This document shows positions 25,765-38,745 of a DNA stretch of 64,000 nucleotides, piece by piece (the first letter of the stretch is position 1; each line of letters opens with the position of its first letter). A program made the position numbers and the translations under genes. The notes under the pieces are model-generated. The model searched no databases. It was not told where the DNA came from and saw only the letters and a program-made list of their open reading frames with translations. The stretch covers positions 55,244,001 to 55,308,000 of the forward strand of contig NC_086097.1 in the NCBI RefSeq assembly GCF_963921235.1, written 5' to 3'. The DNA comes from Mobula hypostoma. Lineage: Eukaryota.

Positions 25765-26585
25765 TAACATAGACCAGCACAGGAATGGCCCACCATGTAT
25801 GTGCCGGCCACAGTGGTGATCTAATCACATCTGTCTGCATTCAGTCCATATCTGCCTATTCCCTCCTGCCTGTTCCTGTGTCTGTCTGTAAGTCTCAAAG
25901 ATTACCATATCTGTATGAATCAGGTGTGCGTGTGTATGTTTGTGTTTGAGGGGGCGGTGGGGGAAGAAAAAGCTTGAATCTTATTTGTCCTTTAACCTTG
26001 CATCTCTTACCTATGCCTCCTAGTATTTGACATTTCCACTCTGGGGGGAAAAGACTCTGTCTACTTAATGCCTCTCCTGATTTTATATAATCCTATTATG
26101 TTGACTCTCAGCCACCAGCACTTGTTGGACAAACTTGGATTATTTTTGCACCTCTTAGCTAAGGCACTCCAATCCAGTCAACATCCTGGTGAACCTCATC
26201 TGCACCCTCTCCAAAACCTTCACATACTTGGTTCAATATGGCCACCAGAACTGCAAACAATATCCAAATGTGGTTTTAAAGAACTGCAACATGAATTCCT
26301 GACTTTTATATTCCAATGTCCAAACTGATAAAGACAAGTATGCCATCCCGTATTTACTTGAGTTATCATTTCCAGGGCGCTATGAACCTGCGTCCCCAGA
26401 TCCCTCTGTACAATAATACTCCTGAGTGCCCTGCCACTTACTCTTGCATTTGACCTCCCAAACTGCAACACCTCACAACTGAACAGATCTAACTCCCATC
26501 TGCGATTTCTCTACCCAAACTTCCAATTGATTTATATCCTGCCGTAGCATTTGACAACTTCCCTCACTATCCTCAGCCGCACCGA
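25765..26585 (-). mobile_element. Degraded CR1 LINE, continuing at ~27600-27715 and ~30337-31870 across younger insertions
   Basis: ORF remnants VQRDLGTQVH, PHLDIVCSS, QQGFVLG, MDFSKAFGKAPH. Confidence 0.7.
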
Positions 26586-26589
26586 TTTT

Positions 26590-26890
26590 TGTGTTGTCTG
26601 ATAGCGTAGCAGGACTTTACAGCACTATCACCGATCAGGGTTCAATTCCCACTGCTATCTGTAAGGAGGGTGTTCATTCTCCCCGGGACCACGAGTTTTC
26701 TCAGGGTGTTTGGGTTTCCTCGCATTTTCCCAAGACATATGGATTAGGGTTAGTAAGCTGTGGGCACACTATGTTGTGGTTGGAAGCATGGTGACACTTG
26801 CAGGCTGCCCTCAGCACAATCTTCAAACTCTGTTGGTTGTGACCTTTTTCACTGCTTCAATGTACTAATGTACATATGACAAATAAAAAA
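26590..26890 (+). mobile_element. tRNA-derived SINE (V-SINE/HE1-like)
   Basis: B-box GGGTTCAATTCCC; central GGGTGTTTGGGTTTCCTCGCAT...CCCAAGAC domain; AATAAA tail resuming at ~27578 after a CR1 insert. Confidence 0.65.
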
Positions 26891-27577
26891 GACCTTGGAA
26901 GTTGTAGGGATGACTTGCAGCAGACTGAAACACTTGAGCATATAAACATTAAGGAAGAGGATGTGCTGGAGATTTTGGAAGGTACTAAGGTAGATAAGTG
27001 CCTGGGACCAGACAAGATATACCCCATGCTACTGTGAGAAGCGAGGGAGGAGATTGCTGAGCCTCTGGCAATGATCTTTGCATCAGCGATAGGGGATGGA
27101 AGAAGTACTGGAGGATTAGAAGGTTGCAAATGTTGTTCCCTTGTTCAAGAAAGGGAGTAGAGATAACCCAGGAAATTATAGACCGGTGAGCTTTACCTCA
27201 ATGGTGGGCAAGTTGTTGGAGAAGATCCTGAGAGGCAGGATTTAAGAGCATTTGGAGAGACATAATCTGACTAGGGGTAGTCAGCATGGCTCTTCCAGGG
27301 CTGAAATGACTAACAGAAGGGGTCATAGTTTTAAGGGGCTTGGAAGTAGGGACAAGGGGGATGTCAGAGGTAATTTTTTCCACACAGAGAGTGGTGGGTG
27401 CATGAAAGAGGTGGATACAATAGGGTCTTTTAAGAGACTCTTAGATAGGTACATGGAGCTTAGAAAAATAGAGGGCTATGCGGTTGAGAAATCCTAGGCA
27501 GTTTCTAGAGTAGGTTACCTGGCGGCACAACATTGTGGGCCAAAGGGCCTGTATCGTGCTGTAGATTTCTATGTTCT
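26891..27577 (+). mobile_element. Internally deleted CR1 LINE
   Basis: KCLGPDKIYP / ANVVPLFKKG / PGNYRPVSLT joined directly to the RGHSFK 3' end; TTTCTATGTTCT tail. Confidence 0.8.
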
Positions 27578-27729
27578 AATAAAGCTGATCTCTCCTATTT
27601 CTTAATCAGATGACCTACATTTTCACCCAAATCATTAATGTGAGGTCCTAGCACCGAACCTTGCAGAACACCACTGGTCACAGGCCTCCATATGCATAAT
27701 CTTCTAACACCAAGTCACTTTTGTATCCA

Positions 27730-30322
27730 GAATATAAAATAATCTGCAGATGCTGGGGTCAAAGCAACACTCACAACACGCTGGAGGAACTCAGCAGATC
27801 GGGCAGCATCCGTGGAAAAGATCGGTCGACATTTTGGGCCGGAACCCTTCATCAGGACTGTAGGAGGAAGGGGCAGAGGCCCTATAAAAAATGTGGGGGG
27901 AGGGTGGGAAGGAGAAAGCTGGTAGGTTCCAGGTGAAAAACCAGTAAGGGGAAAGATAAGGGGGTGGGGGAGGGGAAGCAGGGAGGGGATAGGCAGGAAA
28001 GGTGAAGAAGGAACAGGGGAAAACTCAATCGGTAGTAGAAGGAGGCGGAACCATGAGTGAGGTGATAGGCAGCTGGGGGAGGGGGCAGAGTGACATAGGG
28101 ATAGAGGAAGGGAGGGGGAGGGAGTTACCGGAAGTTGGAGAATTCTATGTTCATATCAAGGGGCTGGAGACTACCTAGAGGGTATATGAGGTGTTGCTCC
28201 TCCAACCTGAGTTTAGCCTCATCATGGCAGTAGAGGAGGCCATGTATGGACATATCTGAATGGGAGTGGGAAGCAGAGTTGAAGTGGGTGGCAACCGGGA
28301 GATCCTGTCTGTTGTGGCGGATGGAGCGGAGGTGTTCGACGAAGCGGTCCCCCAATCTACGTCGGGTTTCACCGATGTAGAGGAGGCCGCACCGGGAGCA
28401 CCGGATGCAATAGATGATCCCAACAGACTCACGAGTGAAGTGTTGCCTCACTTGGAAGGACTGTTTGGGGCCCTGAATGGTGGCAAGAGAGGAGGTGTAG
28501 GGACAGGTGTAGCACTTGCGCTTACAGGGATAAGTGCCAGGTGGGAGATCCGTGGGGAGGGACCAATCCCTGCGGAAAGCAGAGGGGGTGGAGAGGGAAA
28601 GATGTGCTTAGTGGTGGGGTACTGTTGAAGGTGGCGGAAGTTGTGGAGGATAATGTGCTGGATCCGGAGGCTGGTGGGGTGGTAGGTGAGGACAAGGGGA
28701 ACTCTGTCCCTGTTGTGGTGGTGGGAGGATGGGGTGAGAGCCGAAATGTGGGAAATGGAGGAGATGCATGTGAGGGCATCATTGATGATAGCAGAAGGGA
28801 AACCACGATCCTTAAAGAAAGAGGACACTTGAGATGTCCTGGAATGGAAAACTTCATCCTTGGAGCAGATGTGGCGGAGACGGAAGAACTGGGAATAGGG
28901 AATGGCATTTTTGCATGTGGTGGGGTGGGTAGAGGTATAGTTGAGGTAGTTATGAGAGTCAGTGGGCTTGTAGAAGATGTCAGTGGACAGTCTGTCTCCA
29001 GAGATGGAGACCGAGAGATCGAGAAAGGGGAGAGAAGTGTCCGAGATAGACCAAGTGAGTTTGAGGGCTGGGTGGAAGTTTGAAGTAAAGTCGATGAAAT
29101 TGACGAGCTCAGCATGGGTGCAGGAAGCAGCACCAATGTAATCGTCAATGTACCGAAGGAAAAGTTGGGGAGCAGTACCAGAATAGGTTTGGAGCACAGA
29201 CTGTTCCACATAACCAACAAAGAGGCAGGCATAGCTAAAGCCCATGCGAGTTCCCGTAGCTACACCCTTAGTCTGAAGAAAGTGGGAAGAGCCAAAAGAG
29301 AAGTTATTGAGTGTGAGAACCAGTTCCGCCAACCGGAGGAGGGTAGTGGTGGTGGGGAACTGGTGAGGTCTATTATCCAGAAAGTAGCGGAAGGCTTTGA
29401 GGCCTTCTTGATGAGGAATGGAGGTGCATAGGGATTGGACATCCATAGTGAAAATGAAGTGGTTGGGACCAGGGAACTGGAAGTTATTGAAGAGGTGGAG
29501 GGCATGGGATGTATCCCGGATGTAGGTGGGGAGTGACTGAACTATGGGTGACAAAATGGAGTCAAGTTTGAAAAAATGGAGTCCTGTCCCTACAACTCCT
29601 CTCTTGCCACCATTCAGGGCCCCAAACAGTCCTTCCAAGTGAGGCAACACTTCCCTTGTGAGTCTGTTGGGGTCATCTATTGCGCCCGGTGCTCCTGGTG
29701 CGGCCTCCTCTACATCGGTGACACCCGACGTAGATTGGGGGACCGCTTCGTCGAGCACCTCCGCTCTGTCTGCCACAGCAGACAGGATCTCCCAGTAGCC
29801 ACCCACTTCAACTCTGCTTCCCACTCCCATTCAGATATGTCCATACATGGCCTCCTCTACTGCCATGATGAGGCTAAACTCAGGTTGGAGGAGCAACACC
29901 TCATATACCCTCTAGGTAGTCTCCAGCCCCTTGGTATGAACATAGAATTCTCCAACTTCCGGTAATTCCCTCCCCCTCCCTTCCTCTATCCCTATGTCAC
30001 TCTGCCCCCTCCCCCAGCTGCCTATCACCTCCCTCACGGTTCCGCCTCCCTCTACTACCCATTGAGTTTTCCCCTATTCCTTCTTCACCTTTCCTGCCTA
30101 TCACCTCCCTGCTTCCTCTCCCCCACCCCTTTATCTTTCCCATTACTGGTTTTTCACCTGGAACCTACCAGCCTTCTCCTTCCCATCCTCCCCCCACCTC
30201 TTTATAGGGCCTCTGCCCCTTCCCTCTGCAGTCCTGACGAAGGGTTCTGGCCCAAAACGTTGACCGATTTTTTCCACGGATGCTGCCCGACCTGCTGAGT
30301 TCCTCCAGCGTGTTATGAGTGT
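27730..30322 (-). mobile_element. Penelope-like element: 5'-truncated RT+GIY-YIG copy (minus) with an inverted duplicate of its 3' ~740 bp (plus)
   Basis: Arms ~27767-28507 and 29583-30322; 37-bp tail 27730-27766; TSD (GT)CACTTTTGTATCCA at 27716-27729 and 30323-30336. Confidence 0.93.
28125..29575 (-). pseudogene. PLE reverse transcriptase plus GIY-YIG endonuclease (5' truncated, frame broken in the linker)
   Basis: TMDVQSLCTSIPH, QTKGVATGTRMG, FLRYIDD, LPFLDLSV, FYKPTDSHNYL; GIIYCIRCSRCGLLYIGETRRRLGDRFVEH. Confidence 0.9.
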
Positions 30323-33300
30323 CACTTTTGTATCCAACTTACCCACACACTTAATCTTACTAGCCTAACATGAGGGGCCTTGCCAAATGCTTTACTAAAG
30401 TCCATGTGAACAACTTTCTTTGTCACTTCCTCAAGTACAATCTTAAATTTGTTAGACTGGACGTCCCCCAGCACAAAGCCCTGCTGATTCTCCTCAATCA
30501 GTCCATGTTTTTCCAAATGCCATTAAATCCCTGGTAAGCTTCACCACCCTATAATATCCTTGTTTGTCTTTATTGATCATAAAGTAACAATCATACTTTG
30601 GCTATTCTTCAGTCTTCTGGCACCTTACCTGAAGATGATTCTCTGTCAAGGCCCCAGCAACTTTCTCTCTTGCCTCTCTTTGTATCCCGGGATATTCCAT
30701 GAGGCCCTGGGTGCTTAAACACCTTAACATTTATCAAAGCACACCCCTCCTCCTCAACATTGACATTCCCTGGAATATCAGCCTACCCCTCCCTAATTTC
30801 ACAGAGAAGGACATGCTCGGTGAATACTGATGTGAAAAGCTGTACACCCACACCTTACCTGTGTCCTCTGGCTCCTTGCATAAATTCCATTCTTTGTCCT
30901 TGAGTGGACACACCCTTTCCCTCTTGCTCTTAAGATAAGTAGAAATTGGGTTTGAGTTCTCGTTAATCTTACTTGCCAAAGACATTTCATGCTCTCCCCC
31001 TTATCCTTTCTGATTTAGAAGACCACAAGGCATAGGAGCAGAATTAGGCCATTTGACCTATCAAGTCTGCTCCGCCATTCAATCGTGGTTGATTTAATTT
31101 CCTTCTCAACCCCATTCTCTTGCCTTCTCCCTGTAACCTTTGACACCCTTACTAATCAAGAACCTATCAAACTCAGCTTTAAAATAGCCAATGGCTTCAC
31201 CGCCACAGCCATCTGACGTAGCAACGTATTCTACAGATTCATCACCTTACTGGCTAAAGAAATTCCCCCTTGCCTCTGGTTTAAAGGCATATCCTTCTAT
31301 TCTATTCTGCGGCTGTGCCCTCTAGCCCTAGACTTTCCCATTATTGGAAACATTCTCTCCATATCCAGAGCCTTCAAACGCTCCATATTATTTAGGTTCT
31401 TCCTTTGTATTCCACAATTTCATAACCTTTGTATACGCATCCTTTTTCTTTTCCACTCAGCTTACAACATCTCTTGACTTCTGAGGTTCGTAAGGTTCCT
31501 AGTCTTTCACCCACGCGGGAAGATGCTGGTCTTGAACTCTAACCAGATGGCCTTTAAAAATCACCCACATGTCAGATGGGAAATCACCCTTCGACAGCCT
31601 CTGCTAAACCATTTCCCCTAGCTCCTGTCCAATATTGTTTTCTCATTGCACCTGTGCGTACATGGGCTTTAACTAACCTTCCCCCAATTTAGCCCTTTCA
31701 CCCAAGGACCCGTCTTATCCATAACTATCACAAAACTTACAGAATTATGATCCCAAAATGCTCTCCCAGTGAAACTGTAATCACCTGGCCTGGCCTATTC
31801 CACAATGAAGAGTTTAGTTATGCACCCGCCTTAGTTCGCCTACCTATATATATTTTCAAGAAATAGTTTGAAGATCTTGTTTGTCTCTGCAAACAACATG
31901 TGATGTAGACCAAGAGTTAAACTTGAATTCGAGTCCGATGTATTTTTGTTACCTCAGGGCAGTTAGGTCATATGAAGTTAGATGACAGGTCAGTCACAAA
32001 TCCATTGCAATGCTTGATGAGAGACCAGATAATACACTTCTGCTGCTACGCTCCTATATCCTTACTGTGAAATCAGCTGTCATTTCCGGGATTTGTGTCT
32101 TAATTAAAGTGCCCTCCCCCTTCGATCTTGAAAGTAGGATTTATTCAGATGGTGAGAAATAAATATTGCCAGATCTTCCCAGAACATTTTATGACATATC
32201 CTTGAATTTAGCAATTGGCCTTTACCATCTCCATTTTGCCTTTTGAATTTCAATCCCTGTAGTTTAGTAATAGCAATTTAGAAATAGCTACTTCCAGTGT
32301 AGTTGCACCTATTTACCAACCCAAAAACGTTGTAGGGATGCACATCAAATCCAAACGACTGATATGGCATTTTAGTGTGTCTTAAAGTAAGTTTCAGTGA
32401 ACATAGGGAAAACGCTGATGACTGCTTGAAAAATAACTTGTTTGGTATGAAGACAACAAAATCAGTCAGTTGAAAAGCAAGGTTCTACACACTGGGAATT
32501 AAAAGTTCTTTTTCTGAGGGGTATTAGTTGAGAGAATATTTTATTCTGGAGCCATAGGACCTTTTGCCTCCAGCAGTATTTGCTTTCTGTTTCATGAAGG
32601 AATTTCATAGCATGTAGAAATATCCCGTCACCCAGCTTGATGAAACTTTACTTCTGCAGTCTAATGCACCATAAAAATCTAGAAAAGTGCTGGTGACTGG
32701 GGTCTGTCATGAACTCCAGAACTATATGTAAAATAATTTAAAATAGAATTTGTTAAAATTAAACAAGACTGTACAGTGAGTAAGGAGCAGGCATCTGTCA
32801 TGCTAACATGGCAGAAAATGGGGGATGTCCCTTTAAATCTGCATCTGGAAATGAAAGAAGGAACAATTGCTGATGTCAATTTGCAAGCATTTGATCACAT
32901 TGACAGCAGGCGCAGGGGGAAACCTGGGGTAATTTCTCTGCCACTAATATTTTAAAATGCCTGATTTATTCGTTACTATTCTCCTTGTAAAAGAAAATAT
33001 TTGTTTCATTTGACTATTACAACAGTACAAGGAGATTCATGTGTAATCATTCTGATGCAAGGATTGAAAAGTGTCAATGCAGTCATGGATCAGGTGAAAC
33101 TGTTCACCACAAAATGGCTTTAAGGAAATATAATAATATAAATAGATGTAATAGTTTTTAAAACTATGGTTTCACTATTCATGATGGAGCAGTGTTGAAA
33201 GACAGGCCATTTTCCCGAAATTTTTCCTTATTGAAGACTTCTGCCAGTTTTTTACAAAAGTATTTTGGCTATATAAACCAGTTCAACGTTCACATGATAA

Positions 33301-33704
33301 GTGTTTGCATCTGAAAATTGTCTTGCTGGAGAAGGTGATTTATGTAGCAACTGGTGTTAGTCCCTAAGCAAATCACTGATCAGACTTGAACAGAATAGTA
33401 CCCAGTTTTTTTAACATGAGTTTGAAATGTTCCTATAGCAACTAGTTACTAAGTTAAAGGTGTGTGTTTCTAAGCAGCAAGAGTCACAAGGTCTACCATG
33501 AGTTCCTTAATTTAGTGCCATGCATGAAATGGGATTAACTGTAAAACTTAATTTTTAATGTATTTTCTACTAATGCATAATTAGGATGTGATAGATGGCC
33601 TAAAAATATTAATATCGTTTTCTTCAACCATCCAGCACAATAAAGTAAATTTCATTTATTTAAGTCTTTGAGTACTGGAGATCAATTTATCACATCAATG
33701 GTGA

Positions 33705-34310
33705 ATCAGAATCAGGTTTATTGTCACTGACATGTTGTGAGATGTGTTCCGTTGCGTCAGCAGCACAATTCAATAGATAAAACATAATGAGAAATATTAA
33801 AAATAAATAGTGCAAAAAGACAGTAGTGTTAACGGACTGTTCAGAAATCTGATAATGGAGGGGAAGAAGCTGTACCTAAAACAATGCATATGTGCCTTCA
33901 GGCTCCTGTACCTCCTACCTACTGGTAGTAATGAGAAGAGGGCACATACAGGGTAGTGGGGGTGCTTAATAATGGATGCTGTCGCTTTGAGACATCATCT
34001 TTAGAGAAATCCTCAATGGTGGGGAGGCTAGTGCCCATGATGGAGCTGCCTGTGCTTACCCCACTCTGCAGCCTTTATCCATCCTGTGCATTACCACCTC
34101 CTGTGATTACTCCCCCCACCGCCCCGCAGCCTTTATCCATCCTGTGCATTGGCACTTCTGTCCCAAAAGGTGATGCAAACAGCTAGAATGTTCTTCGCAG
34201 CAAATCTGCAGAAATTTGTTTGAGTCTTTAGTGACATACCAAGTCTCCTCAAGCTCCGAAAGAAATGTAGCAAGCAGCTGGAACGTCTTATTTGTAATTG
34301 CATCACTGTG
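33705..34310 (-). mobile_element. Rex1-type LINE 3' fragment
   Basis: GAATCAGAATCAGGTTTATT tail; homologous to 15953-16725. Confidence 0.7.
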
Positions 34311-36060
34311 TCAGTGGGAAATTAGAGGGACTCTGAAAGACAGGATTTATTTGCATTTGGAAAGACAAGGAGTGACTGGGGACAGTCAGCATGGCTTCGT
34401 GTGTGAGAAATCCCAAGAGTTTTACTGGAGACCAAGAGAATTGACAGGCAGGATAGTAGACCTTGTTTACCTGGATTTTAACAAGGCCTTTGACCAGGTA
34501 CTGCATGCTGGACTAATCAGGAAGGTTAGGACACATGGCATCTAGGATGATCTAGCCATCTGGATATACAATTAGGTTGATGGTGAGGTGAAGACGATGC
34601 TAATGAAGCGTTGTTTTTTCAGATTGGAGATGAGTTGATCTGTTAACCAGTCCAGTAACGCAGAGACCCATGCTGGGTCCACATAATAATAATTTGGATG
34701 AGAATGTCGCAGGAATAATTAGTAAGTTTACAGATGGCCCCAAATTTGATGGTGTTCTAAATTGGTGAAGAACATTGTTTAAAGTCACAACAGAATATTG
34801 ATCCTCAAGGAAATGGAATTTAACTCAGACAAGTGTGAAGTGATGCTTTTTGGGAAGTTAAACCAGTGCAGTTCATAAACAGTGAATGGCAGGGCCCTGG
34901 GAAGTGTTGTGGAACAGAGAGACCAAGGGTATAAGTACATTCAAGTCAAGTCACTTTTTATTGTCATTTCGACCATAACTGCTGGTACAGTACACAGTAA
35001 AAATGAGACAATGTTTTTCAGGACCATGGTGCTACATGAAACAACACAAAAACTACACTGATCTACGTAAAACAACACAAAAACTACACTAGACTACAGA
35101 TCTACCCAGGACTGCATAAGGTACACAGAACAGTGCAGGTATTACGATAAATAATAAACAAGACAATAGGCACAGTAGAGGGCAGTAGGTTGGTAGTCCG
35201 ATGGCTTGGGGGGAAAACTGTTACATAAATAAACAGCTGAATGGCCATGTCTGGGATCACGTCCATTTCTGTACTCCTGCCGAGTATTTCATTGGAGTCG
35301 GATGTAGTCCAATTCAATGTCCATTGGAGAGCAGAGTGGACGGGAGAGTCAGCCGGCTAGGGCTTGCTTTTTTCCTGGCACGGACTCCTGCCCGCTCGCC
35401 TCACTTCCGCTTCCTCGCACACCACTTACGACGTCCCCACCTCCGGCCACTGGCATCAGGTGACTCGGGGGACTGCGAGAACATTGTGGCAAAACAGTGG
35501 ACAGGGTGGTGACGGCAGCTTATGGTGCACTTGCCATCATTAGCCAAGAACAGGAGTTGGGATGTCATGTGACAGCTGTACAAAACATTAGTTAGACTGC
35601 ATTTAGAGCATTCACTAGTCACTGAGTGACAGGAAAAAAACGTGATTAATGTGTAGCAGTTGAAGAAAAATTTGCAAGCATTTAACCTGGATTGAAGGGC
35701 TTACCTAGTGAGATTGATCTGTTTCCCCCAGCAGTGAAGGAAGCTAAGAGGTACATGAAATATGAGAAGCTTATACAGCGTAGATAGACCAGTGATCTGT
35801 TTAAGACTAGACAGCACTGCTGTGTGAGGAGGTTTAAAGGGGACCCAAGGAGCAGGGTCTTCACATGAATAATTGGCATTTGGAGGTAGTGGACACACAA
35901 ACAGTAACTGCATTTAAGAGGCATCTCGAACGGTACTTGAATGAACAAGGCCCAGAGGGATATGCAAGTGGAATTTGTACAGCCGGCTATGATAGTCATC
36001 AGAGATGCAGTGGCTCAAAGAGCCTTTCATAAAGCTTGTACAGCTTGGACTCTATAACTG
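34311..36060 (+). mobile_element. Degraded CR1 LINE interrupted by a minus-strand non-autonomous retroposon (~34941-35485)
   Basis: DSQHGFVCEKS, VDLVYLDFNKAFDQV; the insert has a (TTGAC)n-type tail and a CpG-rich 5' part. Confidence 0.7.
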
Positions 36061-36289
36061 ACACCAAAAAACTTGATCTAAAAATATGATTATATTTATT
36101 CAAATATCTAAACCTGATTTTTGCTGGCTCATTTTAAAAACTCTTTCAAGTTGCTTCCAAACAAAATAACCCAATTAGTGCAATGACTGAACATGGGAAC
36201 AAAAACAGCTAAAAGTTAACCCTGTTATGTATCAATATAACAACAATGTTTAATATTTAATACTTGATGAACTGCTCTGACAATATTAC

Positions 36290-37722
36290 GTGACCCCCAC
36301 ATGCTTCACTATCATCCCTGTACCAAAGAACTCTACACTTTCAAAACTAAACAACTCCCGCCCAGGAGCACTGACGCCAATCATCATGAAGTGCTTTGAA
36401 CAGCTGGTAATAGCACACATCAAAATCTCCATTCCTGCCACATTGGACTCTCACCAATAGAACTGCTTACTGATAGAACTGATCTACGACAGATGCCATA
36501 GAATCTATCATGCACCTAGCCCTCACACACCTGGAAAACAAGGATACTTATATCAAAATGTTGTTTCTGGATTTCACTTTGGCATTCAACACTATTGTCC
36601 CACAGACCTTGACAAATTCCTATTTCTCAGTCTAAATATGCCGCTGGGTGTTGGACTTTCTAATCAACAGACCTCAGATAGTCAGGATGCACATCCACAT
36701 CTCCCTGTCCTCAAACCAGGTGCCCCCCAGGGCTATGTGCTGAGCCCACTGCTGTACGCTCTGCTCACACATGACTGCACGGCCAAACACCCAAGTAATC
36801 ACATTGTATAGCTCGCTGATGACACGGCAATGGTGGGGCTCATCATCAACACTAATGAACCAGCCTACAGAGAGGAGGTGGAAGAGCATGAGGCCTGGTG
36901 CCAGGTAAATAACTTCCACAATATCGACAGGACAAAGGAGGTGGTTATTGACTGCAGGAGAACTCGCAACACTCACACCCTTCTTTACATTGGCAGCACA
37001 GCAGTGGAAACTATGAGCAGTGTCAAACGCCTAGGAGTGCACATCTCACACAACCTCTTAAGGTCACAGAACACATCCTACACAGTCAGGAAAGCTCACC
37101 AATGCTTCTACTTTCTGAGGAGGCTGAAGAGAGCTGGAGTGTGCACATCTTTCTACAGATGCACAGTAGAGAGCATCCTGACCAATTGCATCACTACACG
37201 GCACGGAAACTGCACTGCGGTGGATCAGAATACTCTTCAACATGTAGTCAAAACTGCCCAATACATCACTGGTACTGGTCTACCCAGCATCAAGGACATA
37301 TGTACAGAAAGGTGCTGGTACAGGACCAGTAACATCATGAAGGATCCCACCCACCCTGCTCATGGACTGTTTGTCCCACTGCCATCGGGGAGGAGGCTAC
37401 ATAGCATTCACGTCAGAATCACCAGACCCAAGAACAGTCAATTTCCCCAAGCAGTAAGGCTGATCAATATCTCTACCCACCAACCCACCCCTCCATACCT
37501 CATCATTTCCTGTCAGAGTCACCTTATATACATGCACTCCTGTGCCCAGTGTCACTTTACGAACATATAATCAATGTATTTATATTTATTGTGTTATTTT
37601 TATTACTGTGTTTTTGTGTTGTATTTTTATCATTGTGTTTTTGCTGCATTGGATCTGGAGTAATAATTATTTCATCTCCTTTACACTTGTATACTGGAAA
37701 TGACATTAAACAATCTTGAATG
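36290..37722 (+). mobile_element. Rex1-type LINE, 5' truncated
   Basis: PQGYVLSPLLY, LADDT, ORF 36830-37570 with YFLRRLKRAG and KDPTHPAHGLF; ATTAAACAATCTTGAAT tail. Confidence 0.85.
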
Positions 37723-38745
37723 TTAAGCATCATGAAATGTGAACAGACAGTAAGATTTTAGTATTCCTCAGCCTGCAAGTTGGTGTCTGTTGTGGGACTA
37801 AGCACTGATGTTGTACCATGCTTATAGTAAGTTAAGGTTTGAAGAAAGTGAGCTGATCTTTGTGGGGAACTTAGATCATGGGTGATGATCCCAACTGGGC
37901 AAAATGCACTGAAACAGGATCAGGGATTACACTATAACCCAATTTATTATCCAAGCATGTTGGAGATGTGTGAAGCCATAATTTCCTTAGGCCTTTGCAA
38001 CGAAGTTGCTTATTCCAAAAGAGAGCTGTGTCATAATTATCCGCTGCATAATGACTAAACAGATAGTGATGGAAGGAGTACCTCACATGAAAGTGATATG
38101 CAGGGAGATTTATGAAATCCTGCAAATGTATCTCATTGTTTCTTATGTGAAATCACAGCAGCAGAGGTCACCTAAGTATTCCAGTCAATGAACCTCAATT
38201 TCTCTATTTTCTAAATAAAGATAAATACTTCCAGGGTGCCTGCAAGAAATGCTGTCCTTAACTCAAACACAAAAACTAAAAATTGTTATTTGCGTAGTGA
38301 CTGAGCTCTGGTTTATCCACCTCTTAGCAACCTCTTGGTTACTTCATTGCCATCTGTTGAATATTTTGTAACTTGGGTGTTTGACATGATTTTATAATGT
38401 GGTCAGTGAAATGAAAAGGGATTTTAATCATTGGTAACTGACTCTGTCTTCCAAACTTGAGTCAGCATTGAGACTGAACAAGCATCACCTCCATGAGTGA
38501 AAGCGATGTTGGTAATTGTTTTTGATCTATGAGCAGCTCTAAGCACTCCACTGGATGCCCAGCGTTAGCATTACAATTTGGTTTTCTAAATCCATAAATG
38601 TATAGAGCAGTACAAACTTTAACAGAAGAAATCCGATTCATTATGTTTTTTACCATTTGCTTGTTGGAACACATCAAAGCCAAACCCCGCAGTTCAGTTG
38701 ATTACCTGAAGTTCTGTATTTTGTTTTCAGAGTCCCATCTTCTCT

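Noticed and set aside
26590..26660. tRNA-like A/B box sequence
   Set aside because: It is a SINE head; no cloverleaf can be formed
29576..29830. N-terminal extension of the 460-aa PLE ORF
   Set aside because: Chance fusion with the antisense frame of the inverted arm; RT similarity starts only near 29570
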